From NCBI RefSeq assembly GCF_016219575.1, contig NZ_JACRMG010000029.1:167122-231121 (forward strand): a stretch of DNA of 64,000 bases. The letters run 5' to 3'. The DNA is from Bradyrhizobium sp. GTDB taxonomy: Bacteria; Pseudomonadota; Alphaproteobacteria; Rhizobiales; Xanthobacteraceae. The translations under genes and the position numbers were made by a program. Each line of letters begins with the position of its first letter. Position 1 is the first letter of the stretch. Positions 38,599 through 46,978 of this stretch are shown here, one piece after another. Below the pieces are notes generated by a model. That model saw only the letters and a program-made list of their open reading frames with translations. It had not been told where the DNA came from and did not search any database.

Positions 38599-40365
38599 AT
38601 GACCAGAGGTGAGCTATTGTCGGAAACCGCCAAAGCCGAGGCGGGAAGGGGAGCCGGCCGCACCCGGGGCTGGCGGAACCGGATCGGCATTGCCTGCATC
38701 GCGGCGCTGCACCTGGCTGCGCTCTATGCGCTCCTCACCACCGAATTCGGGCCGTTCGCGATCACGCTGGCGGTCCTCGCCTGGCTGTTCGCCAATTGCC
38801 TGCTGCTGGTGTTCCTGCCGCGGCCGGGCATCGCGGCGGCGCTGTCGCTGCTGGCAATCGTCGTGCTGATCGCGTTGTCGCGCTTCAAGTACGACATCCT
38901 GCAGCTCTCGATCACCTTCCTCGATTTCCTCATCATCGACCGCGACACCTTTTCCTTCCTGCTCTCGGTCTTCCCGCGGCTGAAGCTGCCGCTGCTGTGT
39001 GCGGCCATCATCGCCGTCCCGGTGCTGTGGCTGATCTGGCGCACCGATCCGTTCCGCGTCAGCCGCAAGGTATCGCTGGCGCTGCTCGCCTTCGCCACCG
39101 TGGCGATCTCGGGAATGGCGATCGCCGTGCCCGAGCAGCCCTGGGAGCCCTTCCAGGGCATCAACCACATTTCCAATCTCGCGCGCTCCGGCGTGGTCGC
39201 CGCGTCGCGGCTGACCTCGACCGGATGGATCGAGGCCGATCCACCCTCGCAGCCGCGGCTGCCGCTGGCGCGCGGCGCACATGCCTCCACGCCGACCGCG
39301 CTTCCGCTGCCGGCGGCTTGCGACGCGTCGGCGAAACGGCCGCACATCATCATGATGCTGGACGAGTCGAGCTTCGACGTCACGGCCGCGCCCGGCATCA
39401 AGGTCCCCACCGGCTACACCGACTATTTCAAATCCGTCGACGGCAAGCAGCGCACCTTCGTGGCGGAGGCGACCGGCGGACCGACCTGGTACACCGAGTT
39501 CAACGTGGCGACCGGGCTGTCGGCGCGCTCCTTCGGCGATCTCAAGTTCTACGTCACGCGCATCGCCGCCGGCCGGGTGACCCGCGGCCTGCCCGGCGCG
39601 CTGCAGCGCTGCGGCTACAAGACGGTCTCGCTCTATCCGACCTATGGCGATTTCCTCAGCGCCCGCGCCTTCCAGAAGGCGCTCGGCGTCGAGCAGTTCA
39701 TCGACATGGCCGAGATGGGCGTCAACGAGGACATGCAGCCCGACAGCTTCTACTTCGATCAGGCGCTGAAAGTCTTCGCGCGCGAAGTGCCGTCGCGCGC
39801 GCCGGTGTTCATGTTCCTGTATCTCACCGCCAATCACTTCCCCTGGACCGACGTCTACAAGCCGGAGCTGACGCCCGACTGGAAGCCGCCGGGCAACACG
39901 GAAGAGATCGACGAGTATATCCGCCGGCAGACCGTCACCGCGCGCGACTACGGCGAATTCGTCGCGAAGCTGAAGCGGGATTATCCGGACGAGTCGTTCC
40001 TGATCGTCCGCTTCGGCGATCATCAGCCGAACATCTCGCAAAAGATGCTCGAGCCCGGTGTCGACCGTGCCCATCTGGCCAGGCAGGTGATGGCCTTCGA
40101 CCGCCGCTATTTCTCGACCTATTATGCGATCGACGCGGTGAACTTCCAGCCCAGGGACCTGTCAACGGCGCTCGAGAAACTGGACGCTGCCTATCTGCCG
40201 ATCGTGATCCAGGATGCCGCCGGCGTGCCGCTCGACCCGTCCTTTGCCGAGCAGAAGAACATCATGCTTCGCTGCAAGGGCGTCTTCTACACCTGCAACA
40301 AGGGCGCCGAGGCGCGCCGCTTCAACCGCATGCTGATCGACGCGGGATTGATCAAGCGGCTGTAG
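38599..40365 (+). CDS. membrane-anchored LtaS/sulfatase (alkaline-phosphatase superfamily) protein, paralogue 2
   Basis: ORF 38548..40365. The first 17 codons are repeat G, so the ATG at 38599 is preferred. PHIIMMLDESSFD, GGPTWYTEFNVATGL and FGDHQP are collinear with paralogue 1. Confidence 0.8.
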   Translation: MTRGELLSETAKAEAGRGAGRTRGWRNRIGIACIAALHLAALYALLTTEFGPFAITLAVLAWLFANCLLLVFLPRPGIAAALSLLAIVVLIALSRFKYDILQLSITFLDFLIIDRDTFSFLLSVFPRLKLPLLCAAIIAVPVLWLIWRTDPFRVSRKVSLALLAFATVAISGMAIAVPEQPWEPFQGINHISNLARSGVVAASRLTSTGWIEADPPSQPRLPLARGAHASTPTALPLPAACDASAKRPHIIMMLDESSFDVTAAPGIKVPTGYTDYFKSVDGKQRTFVAEATGGPTWYTEFNVATGLSARSFGDLKFYVTRIAAGRVTRGLPGALQRCGYKTVSLYPTYGDFLSARAFQKALGVEQFIDMAEMGVNEDMQPDSFYFDQALKVFAREVPSRAPVFMFLYLTANHFPWTDVYKPELTPDWKPPGNTEEIDEYIRRQTVTARDYGEFVAKLKRDYPDESFLIVRFGDHQPNISQKMLEPGVDRAHLARQVMAFDRRYFSTYYAIDAVNFQPRDLSTALEKLDAAYLPIVIQDAAGVPLDPSFAEQKNIMLRCKGVFYTCNKGAEARRFNRMLIDAGLIKRL

Positions 40366-40380
40366 GGAATCTCTCCTTCG

Positions 40381-40465
40381 TCATGGCCGGGCTTGACCCG
40401 GCCATCCACGACTTCGTCACTGCGGAAAGAAAGACGTGGATGCCCGGGACAAGCCCGGGCATGAC
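40381..40465. repeat. composite double-hairpin REP-like element, family A copy 2
   Basis: Same architecture and near-identical hairpins as copy 1. It lies between two convergent genes. Confidence 0.8.
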
Positions 40466-40474
40466 GCGGATAGG

Positions 40475-42034
40475 TCAGTGCTTCCCCACCTTCTCCCACA
40501 GCCATCGCGCCACCGCATCCGGCGATGATGACGCGTCGTTGCCTGCCGCGCGCAGATTGGCCTCGCGCATGGTGGCGATATCGATTCTGCCGAGCAGGGG
40601 CTGCAGCGCGGCCTTCAGTTTCTCGTCGCCCGCGCGCTTCGGCGCCAGCAGCACCATGGCGTCGTAGGGCGGGATCGCGCGCCTGGGATCGTCCAGCGCG
40701 ACGAGATCGTATTTCGCAATCAGCCCGTCGCTGGTGTAGCCCGCGATCACGTCGACCTCGCCCGAGGCAACCGCCGCATACATGAAGTCCGGCTGCATGG
40801 TCCGCTGGCTGCGGAATGAAAGCCCATAGGCCTTTTGCAGCGCCGCCCATTCCGGCCGCGAGAAGAATTCGTAATCGGCGGCAATCGACAGCGCCGGTGC
40901 GCGCGAGGCGAGGTCGGCGATGCCCTTGATGCCGAGCCCGGCCGCGCGCTTGCGCGGCATCACCAACGCATAGGCGTTCTCGAAACCGAGCTCGCCAAGC
41001 AGGGTTATGTCCCGCTTCGCCAGTATGGCCTTCAACTCGGCAAGCAGCTCGTTGCGCGGCTTGATATCCGTGCGGTGAAACTGATTGGCCCACAGCGTGC
41101 CGGAATAGTCGACATAGACGTCGATATCGCCGGATGCCAGCGCGTCGAAGATCACGTTCGAGCCGAGCCCTTCGCGCGAGGTCGCGGACAGCCCCGCCGC
41201 GCGCAGCCGCTGCGCCACCAGCGCCGACAGCACGTATTGCTCGGCAAAGGTCTTTGCGCCGACGACATAGCTCGACGAGGATCGTGCCATCGCCGGCACC
41301 AGCGTCGCCGCAACCAGCGCGGCAATGCCGGCGCTGCCGAGCGCCGCGCGCAGGCGGCTGCGGTTGCGCAATCCGCTCTCGATCAGCGCCAGCAACTGGT
41401 CGACCATGAGCGCCAGCGCGGCGGCGGCGATGCAGCCGAACAGCACGAACACCCAGTTCTGGGTCTGCAACCCCGCAAAGATGTAGTTGCCGAGGCTGGT
41501 CTGGCCGATCGGCGTCGACAGCGTCGCGGTGCCGATCACCCACACCGCCGCGGTGCGGATTCCCGCCATCATCACCGGCAGCGCCAGCGGCAGCTCCACC
41601 ATCGCGAGCGATTGCCGCGGCGTCATGCCGACGCCTTGCGCGGCCTCGAGAATGGCGGCATCGACGCCCTGCAAACCCGTAATCGTGTTGCGCAGCACCG
41701 GCAGCATGGAATAGAGCGCCAGCGCCAGCACGGCCGGCAGGAAGCCGAAAGCGGAGAAGGCAAAGCCGAACCAGGACAGCGTGATCGCGGCCAGCGCCAG
41801 CAGCAGCGGATAGAACAGCGCGAGCAGCGCCAGTCCCGGCACGGTCTGCACGATGCTCGCCAGTCCCAGCAGCGCGCCGCGCAGGATGGGTCGGTGACGT
41901 GAAAGAATCGCCAGCGGCAGGCTGACCGCAAGGCCTAATGCCAGCGCGGTGATGCTGACGCGCACATGATTGCCGAGATAATCCGGCAGATGCGCCAGCG
42001 CCTCGCCCCAGCGCGGATCGGAAAGCAGGCTCAT
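40475..42034 (-). CDS. osmoprotectant (glycine betaine/choline-type) ABC transporter, fused permease and substrate-binding protein
   Basis: 519-aa ORF. The N-terminal half is a BPD-type permease and the C-terminal half is OpuBC-like (VVGAKTFAEQYVL…DVYVDYSGT). Confidence 0.9.
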   Translation of the reverse strand: MSLLSDPRWGEALAHLPDYLGNHVRVSITALALGLAVSLPLAILSRHRPILRGALLGLASIVQTVPGLALLALFYPLLLALAAITLSWFGFAFSAFGFLPAVLALALYSMLPVLRNTITGLQGVDAAILEAAQGVGMTPRQSLAMVELPLALPVMMAGIRTAAVWVIGTATLSTPIGQTSLGNYIFAGLQTQNWVFVLFGCIAAAALALMVDQLLALIESGLRNRSRLRAALGSAGIAALVAATLVPAMARSSSSYVVGAKTFAEQYVLSALVAQRLRAAGLSATSREGLGSNVIFDALASGDIDVYVDYSGTLWANQFHRTDIKPRNELLAELKAILAKRDITLLGELGFENAYALVMPRKRAAGLGIKGIADLASRAPALSIAADYEFFSRPEWAALQKAYGLSFRSQRTMQPDFMYAAVASGEVDVIAGYTSDGLIAKYDLVALDDPRRAIPPYDAMVLLAPKRAGDEKLKAALQPLLGRIDIATMREANLRAAGNDASSSPDAVARWLWEKVGKH

Positions 42035-42816
42035 GCGCCGCCCCGCGGCAGCCGCTCGTTGAGCCGTTCCGCCTGCCGCCGCGGCGTGCGCAGGAGCTCG
42101 CCGACGTAAGGATCGCGGCTCGCGGCCAGCTCCGCCGGCGTGCCCTGCGCCAGAAGCTTGCCCGCGCGCATCACCGCGATGCGGTCGGCGAGCAGGATCG
42201 CTTCCGTCATGTCATGGGTGATCATGACCGTGGTGAGGCCGAGCTTGCCGTGCAGCTCGCGATAATCCTCGCCCAGCGCATCGCGGGTGAGCGGGTCGAG
42301 CGCGCCGAACGGCTCGTCCATCAGCACGATGCGCGGTCGCGCTGCCAGCGCCCGCGCCACGCCGACGCGCTGGCGCTGGCCGCCGGAGAGCTCGTGCGGC
42401 ATCCGGTCGCGATAGGGCGCGCGCTCCAGCCGCACCAGATCGAGCAGTTCGTCGGTTCGCGCGGAAATGTCCCGTGCGGCCCAGCCCAGCAGCTGCGGCG
42501 TGATGCCGATATTGCCGGCCACGCTCATATGCGGAAACAGCGCGCCGCTCTGGAAGACATAGCCGATGCGTCGCCGCAGCGAAATCGGATCGGCCGCGCG
42601 CACGTCCTCGCCCTCGACGGTGATCGTGCCGCCGTCGGCCTCGATTAGCCGGTTGGCCAGCCGCAGCAGCGTGGTCTTGCCCGAGCCCGAGCCGCCGACG
42701 ATGGCGACGAATTCGCCCCCGGCGACCTCCAGCGACACGTCGTCCACCGCCACCACGCGCCCGCCGTCGAAGCGCTTTGCCACCTTCGCATAGGCAATCA
42801 GGGACGTGGCGGACAT
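42031..42816 (-). CDS. osmoprotectant-type ABC transporter ATP-binding protein
   Basis: Downstream part of ORF 42031..43080, with the ATG at 42816. It has Walker A GGSGSGKTT and signature LSGGQRQR. Its stop overlaps the permease start. Confidence 0.9.
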   Translation of the reverse strand: MSATSLIAYAKVAKRFDGGRVVAVDDVSLEVAGGEFVAIVGGSGSGKTTLLRLANRLIEADGGTITVEGEDVRAADPISLRRRIGYVFQSGALFPHMSVAGNIGITPQLLGWAARDISARTDELLDLVRLERAPYRDRMPHELSGGQRQRVGVARALAARPRIVLMDEPFGALDPLTRDALGEDYRELHGKLGLTTVMITHDMTEAILLADRIAVMRAGKLLAQGTPAELAASRDPYVGELLRTPRRQAERLNERLPRGGA

Positions 42817-42946
42817 TCCATTGGCCTCAACCGGGCTCGATCCACGGGCATAGTGGCCGTTCCCGGCAGAATTGTCATTGCGGGACGGGGCTCCGTATGC
42901 GACGCTCTGTAACACTACGGAAAGCCGCACATCGCAAGGTAGCACC

Positions 42947-43333
42947 ATGGACGACAGCCTGCCCGAACTCGGAGACCTCGAGCGCGAGGTGATGCAACTG
43001 GTTTGGGCCCACGGTCCGGTCACGGCCGAGGCGGTGCGTGAGCGGCTGTCGCGTCCGCTCAAGGAATCGACGGTGCGCACCGTGCTGCGCCGGCTCGAGG
43101 AGAAGGGCTACACGACGCATACCGTCGAAGGCCGCACCTATGTCTATCTCGCGGCCGAGGAGCGCGGACGGGTTGCTGCAAAGGCCGTGCAGCGCATCGT
43201 CGACTGGTTCTGCAACGGTTCGGTCGAGGAGGTCCTGGTCGGCATGGTGGACCGCGCCATGCTCGACCAGAAGCAGCTGCGGGCGCTCGCCGACCAGGTC
43301 GCGCGGGCCAAGGCGAAGGGGAGGAGAAAATGA
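42947..43333 (+). CDS. BlaI/MecI/CopY family transcriptional repressor
   Basis: Downstream part of ORF 42872..43333. It has a winged-helix N-terminus, LGDLEREVMQLVW…TVRTVLRRLEEKGY. Confidence 0.85.
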   Translation: MDDSLPELGDLEREVMQLVWAHGPVTAEAVRERLSRPLKESTVRTVLRRLEEKGYTTHTVEGRTYVYLAAEERGRVAAKAVQRIVDWFCNGSVEEVLVGMVDRAMLDQKQLRALADQVARAKAKGRRK

Positions 43334-43530
43334 TTCTGGCGATTCTTGCGGAGTCGGCGCTGCGCTCCCTGTTGCTGGGAGGCGTCGTGTGGATTGGCTT
43401 GAATCTTCTACGGGTGCGCAATCCTCATGTGCACATGACGTGCTGGCTCGTGTGGCGGCGCGGCGCAACGAATGCCGGCGCCGGCGACGCGTTGCAGCGC
43501 CGCGTTGAACTTGCCGCCGGTAACCGCTAA
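43330..43530 (+). pseudogene. truncated BlaR1/M56-peptidase-family sensor gene (N-terminal 66-codon stump)
   Basis: The ATGA overlap with the repressor stop is the usual blaI-blaR1 arrangement. The first TM helix MILAILAESALRSLLLGGVVWIGLNLLRVRNP is family-like. After about 40 codons the sequence degenerates and stops, and an unrelated ABC gene starts 30 nt later. Confidence 0.55.
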
Positions 43531-43559
43531 GGCATCCTCCCGGGCAATGGGAGGATCAG

Positions 43560-44384
43560 GTGGCAGCGGCAGAGCCGGCGGCGATTGCGCTCGATGACGC
43601 GACGGTGGCGTTTCGTCTCGCCGATTCCCGCCTCTATACCGCGGTCGAGAAGGCGCGGCTCACGGTGGCGAACGGCGAGTTCGTCGCCATCGTCGGCCCG
43701 ACCGGCTGTGGAAAATCGACGCTGCTCAATGTCGCGGCGGGGTTGCTGAAGCCTGCGTCCGGGCAGGTGGCCATCTTCGGCCAGCCGCTGACCGGGCTGA
43801 ACCGCGACGCCGGCTATCTCTTCCAGGCCGATGCGCTGTTTCCCTGGAAGACCGCGATCGACAATGTCGCCATCGGGCTCGAGATCACCGGCGCGCCGCA
43901 GCAGCATGCGCGGCAACGCGCGCAGGCCTTCCTCACCTCCGTCGGCCTCGGCGGCTTCGGCAACCGCTATCCGCACATGCTTTCCGGCGGGCAGCGCAAG
44001 CGCGTCGGCCTGGCGCAGGTACTGATCCGCGATCCCAGGATTCTGCTGATGGACGAGCCGTTCGGTCCGCTCGACGCCCAGACCCGGCAGATCATGGGCA
44101 ATCTGCTGCTGGAATTGTGGAACGCCGACCGCAAGGCGGTGCTGTTCGTCACCCACGACCTCGAGGAAGCGATCGCGCTGGCCGACCGCGTCGTCATCAT
44201 GTCGGCCGGCCCCTCCGCGCGCATCATCGGCGACTGGCGGGTGCCGCTGGCCCGCCCGCGCGATATTTCAGAGGTGCGCATGGAAAAGGAGTTTCACGAG
44301 CTGCACCGTGAGATCTGGAGCGTGCTGAAGGACGAGGTGATGAAGGGCTACGCGCAATCCTCGGAAGTCGCGGAGGCGGTCTGA
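43560..44384 (+). CDS. NitT/TauT-family ABC transporter ATP-binding protein
   Basis: 274-aa ORF with a GTG start after a GGGAGGA Shine-Dalgarno. It has Walker A GPTGCGKST and signature LSGGQRKR. Confidence 0.9.
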   Translation: MAAAEPAAIALDDATVAFRLADSRLYTAVEKARLTVANGEFVAIVGPTGCGKSTLLNVAAGLLKPASGQVAIFGQPLTGLNRDAGYLFQADALFPWKTAIDNVAIGLEITGAPQQHARQRAQAFLTSVGLGGFGNRYPHMLSGGQRKRVGLAQVLIRDPRILLMDEPFGPLDAQTRQIMGNLLLELWNADRKAVLFVTHDLEEAIALADRVVIMSAGPSARIIGDWRVPLARPRDISEVRMEKEFHELHREIWSVLKDEVMKGYAQSSEVAEAV

Positions 44385-45172
44385 TGTCGCGCCCCGTGCT
44401 CCTGCTGTGCCAGTTCGCCGTCGCCGTCGTCGCGCTGGCGCTGTGGCAATTCTTCGCCACTGTGCCGGTGTTCGGAAAAGTCCTGTTGCCGCCGTTCTTC
44501 TTCTCCACGCCGATCGATGTCGCCGAGCAGATCGTCAAGTGGTTCTCCACCGGCACGATCTGGAAGCATCTCGTCATCACGCTCTGGGAATCGATCCTCG
44601 CCTTCACGATCGGTTCGGCGCTCGGCGTGCTCGTCGGGTTCTGGTTCGCGCGCCAGCCGCGGATTGCCGCGATCTTCGATCCCTATGTGAAGATGGTGAA
44701 CGCGCTGCCCCGCGTGGTGCTGGCCCCGATCTTCACGCTGTGGCTGGGGCTCGGCATCTGGTCCAAGGTCGCGCTCGGCGTGACGCTGGTCTTTTTCATC
44801 GTGTTCTTCAACGTCTACCAGGGCGTCAAGGAAGTCTCGCCCACCGTGCTCGACAACGGCCGCATGCTCGGCATGAACGACCGGCAGTTGATGCGCCATG
44901 TCTACTGGCCGTCGGCGCTGTCGTGGATGTTCTCCTCGCTGCACACCTCGGTCGGCTTTGCCGTGGTCGGCGCCGTCGTCGGCGAATATCTCGGCTCGGC
45001 CGCCGGCCTCGGCTACCTGATCCAGCAGGCCGAAGGCATCTTCGACGTCGCCGGCGTGTTCGCCGGCATGTTCGTGCTGTCGGCCTTCGTGCTCCTGATC
45101 GACTATGGCGTGACGCTGGTGGAACGGCGGCTCCTGGTGTGGCGGCCGGTGTCGACCGAGGGCAGGGGGTAA
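44384..45172 (+). CDS. NitT/TauT-family ABC transporter permease
   Basis: 262-aa ORF with 6 TM helices. Its start overlaps the ATPase stop. Confidence 0.9.
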   Translation: MSRPVLLLCQFAVAVVALALWQFFATVPVFGKVLLPPFFFSTPIDVAEQIVKWFSTGTIWKHLVITLWESILAFTIGSALGVLVGFWFARQPRIAAIFDPYVKMVNALPRVVLAPIFTLWLGLGIWSKVALGVTLVFFIVFFNVYQGVKEVSPTVLDNGRMLGMNDRQLMRHVYWPSALSWMFSSLHTSVGFAVVGAVVGEYLGSAAGLGYLIQQAEGIFDVAGVFAGMFVLSAFVLLIDYGVTLVERRLLVWRPVSTEGRG

Positions 45173-45246
45173 TCGGCCTTGGGCCAAAACCTGACCCGGC
45201 AGCACCTGGAGGAATGTTGCCTGTTGGCAGGACGCGAGCGCCGCAA

Positions 45247-46164
45247 TCATGGAATTGACGGCCGCCTCCGATGCGCGATTGCCGGCTCCAGAAGAACGAG
45301 ATTTCGGCGTGCCTTTCGCGTGTCGAGCGCGACGATGGCATGACCTTGAGCGGAGAATGCCAGACCTTCCGGCTTTCCTTCCAGATCGCCTAGCTGCCAG
45401 GAATCAAGCAATGCAGCAGTGCCGCCACCTGCCGGAAGACCATCGAGCCGAGCAATTGTGGAGGATTTGTCGCTGAGCAGATAAACGCATCCATCCGGAC
45501 CTATTTCGAGGTCGCTGAAGTCGGCGCAGGTTTTTGCCAGCGTCTTGTCGGGAAGCCACATTGCGAGAGCTACGAACCGGTGATGCCCTTTTTTGATCGG
45601 CCACGCCCGGCCTTCCGCCAGGGCGCCGCGAACCAGGCCCCTCGACGGCGAATGCGGCGGGCCGAACTCGATGAACGCCGCCGGCTTCTTTTCCTTGGCG
45701 ACGAGCAAATTGCCCCCGGGCAACAGCACTGCGCCTTCACCGCGCGATCCCTTCGGGTCGGACCACGCGCGCGCAATCCTTCCCCGCCCTTCCACCACGA
45801 GATCGATCGATGCGACGACCTTCAGCGCGTTGGGATCGATGAACTCGGCACGCGGAGGCGTTTCCTGTAGCAACAGAACGCGCCCGAGGCCGTCGGCGCA
45901 GATAGCCTCGATCTGGGGATCATGCTTGGGAAGCATCGAACCCGAAAGCTTCGCAATGCTCTTCTTGCGCCATTCAATTGGGCCCTTGTCGTCCTTCGAC
46001 AGCGCGAACCATGCGACCTTCGCCACTCTGTCGCCAACCGCGATCAGGAATTTCCGACCGTTGCGGTCGCGACGCAGGGAAATGCCTGAAACCTCGCGAA
46101 GTGGTACATCGACCACGCGGCGCACCTTAAGTCGGTTCTTGTTCGACCTGCTGCTTCTTGCCAC
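45247..46164 (-). CDS. hypothetical protein (possibly beta-propeller, SdiA-regulated/phytase-like)
   Basis: 305-aa ORF in a lower-GC patch. The motifs LREVSGISL and GKPEGLAF weakly recall YjiK/phytase-like propellers. There is no signal peptide. Confidence 0.6.
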   Translation of the reverse strand: MARSSRSNKNRLKVRRVVDVPLREVSGISLRRDRNGRKFLIAVGDRVAKVAWFALSKDDKGPIEWRKKSIAKLSGSMLPKHDPQIEAICADGLGRVLLLQETPPRAEFIDPNALKVVASIDLVVEGRGRIARAWSDPKGSRGEGAVLLPGGNLLVAKEKKPAAFIEFGPPHSPSRGLVRGALAEGRAWPIKKGHHRFVALAMWLPDKTLAKTCADFSDLEIGPDGCVYLLSDKSSTIARLDGLPAGGGTAALLDSWQLGDLEGKPEGLAFSAQGHAIVALDTRKARRNLVLLEPAIAHRRRPSIP

Positions 46165-46424
46165 GGGCCCCAGCCCCTCCAGAGATCAAGGAAGCCGTAC
46201 CATCTTCGACGGGTGATTTCGACGTCGTCTCCGGGTCAAGGTGCAGCTTATGCTGCCGGTTGGACCCTTGATCTGTATCAAACCAGCTCCAGCAAGACCT
46301 GTCGCAGAGTATCAGCTCGGTGCCGAGTCAGGGGCGCGTCACTCGATAGGCGATCATCGAGAACGGAACCGGAATTGCCGCAAAAGCTTGTCAGCACAAC
46401 CGAGCATATTACCGGGAGATCAAT

Positions 46425-46712
46425 ATGGAGCAGATTCTGATCAATCTCGCTGCAGGAGCCCTTGGCGGCCTTGGAGCAGGCAAGTCATCTTCCACATTTG
46501 ATCTTGGTACGGCTGGAAATATCGTTTCTGGCCTGGTGGGAGGCGGGCTGCTTGGGCAGATCGCCACCTTGTTGCTGCCCTCTGTCTTGGCGGCGGCACA
46601 ATCCGGAAATATGAGTATGAGCGGTGTTGTTTCGCATGCGGTCGCTGGCGGTGCCGGCGGTGCCATACTCACCGCGATCATTGGAGCCATCAAGAATAGA
46701 ACGGCTGCCTGA
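46425..46712 (+). CDS. small Gly-rich membrane protein (glycine-zipper-like)
   Basis: 95-aa ORF with a GGGAGA Shine-Dalgarno 7 nt upstream. It has repeated GxxxG stretches (AAGALGGLGAG, GLVGGGLLG, AVAGGAGGAIL). Confidence 0.55.
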   Translation: MEQILINLAAGALGGLGAGKSSSTFDLGTAGNIVSGLVGGGLLGQIATLLLPSVLAAAQSGNMSMSGVVSHAVAGGAGGAILTAIIGAIKNRTAA

Positions 46713-46978
46713 GTCTCGGCACAGCAACCGGTTGCAGATGACGCCAGAACGGCCTTCGTGCGGCGGCTTGCCGTCAGCCGTGCGGAGGACTGCTTGCTGC
46801 AATGGAAGCGGCGGTTTGGATTGCGGCGGCGGCGCTACTCTCTCCTTCTCTCCAGCGCGTCGCAATGAAGCGCGGTCTGCAAAGCCGGAACGGCACCATT
46901 GCCGGCGTCTGGCACCAAAGTCGCCTTCTCAACCACCTCGCGCTGCACTATCGTCCGGCCAAATTTTCGGAGGGACCC

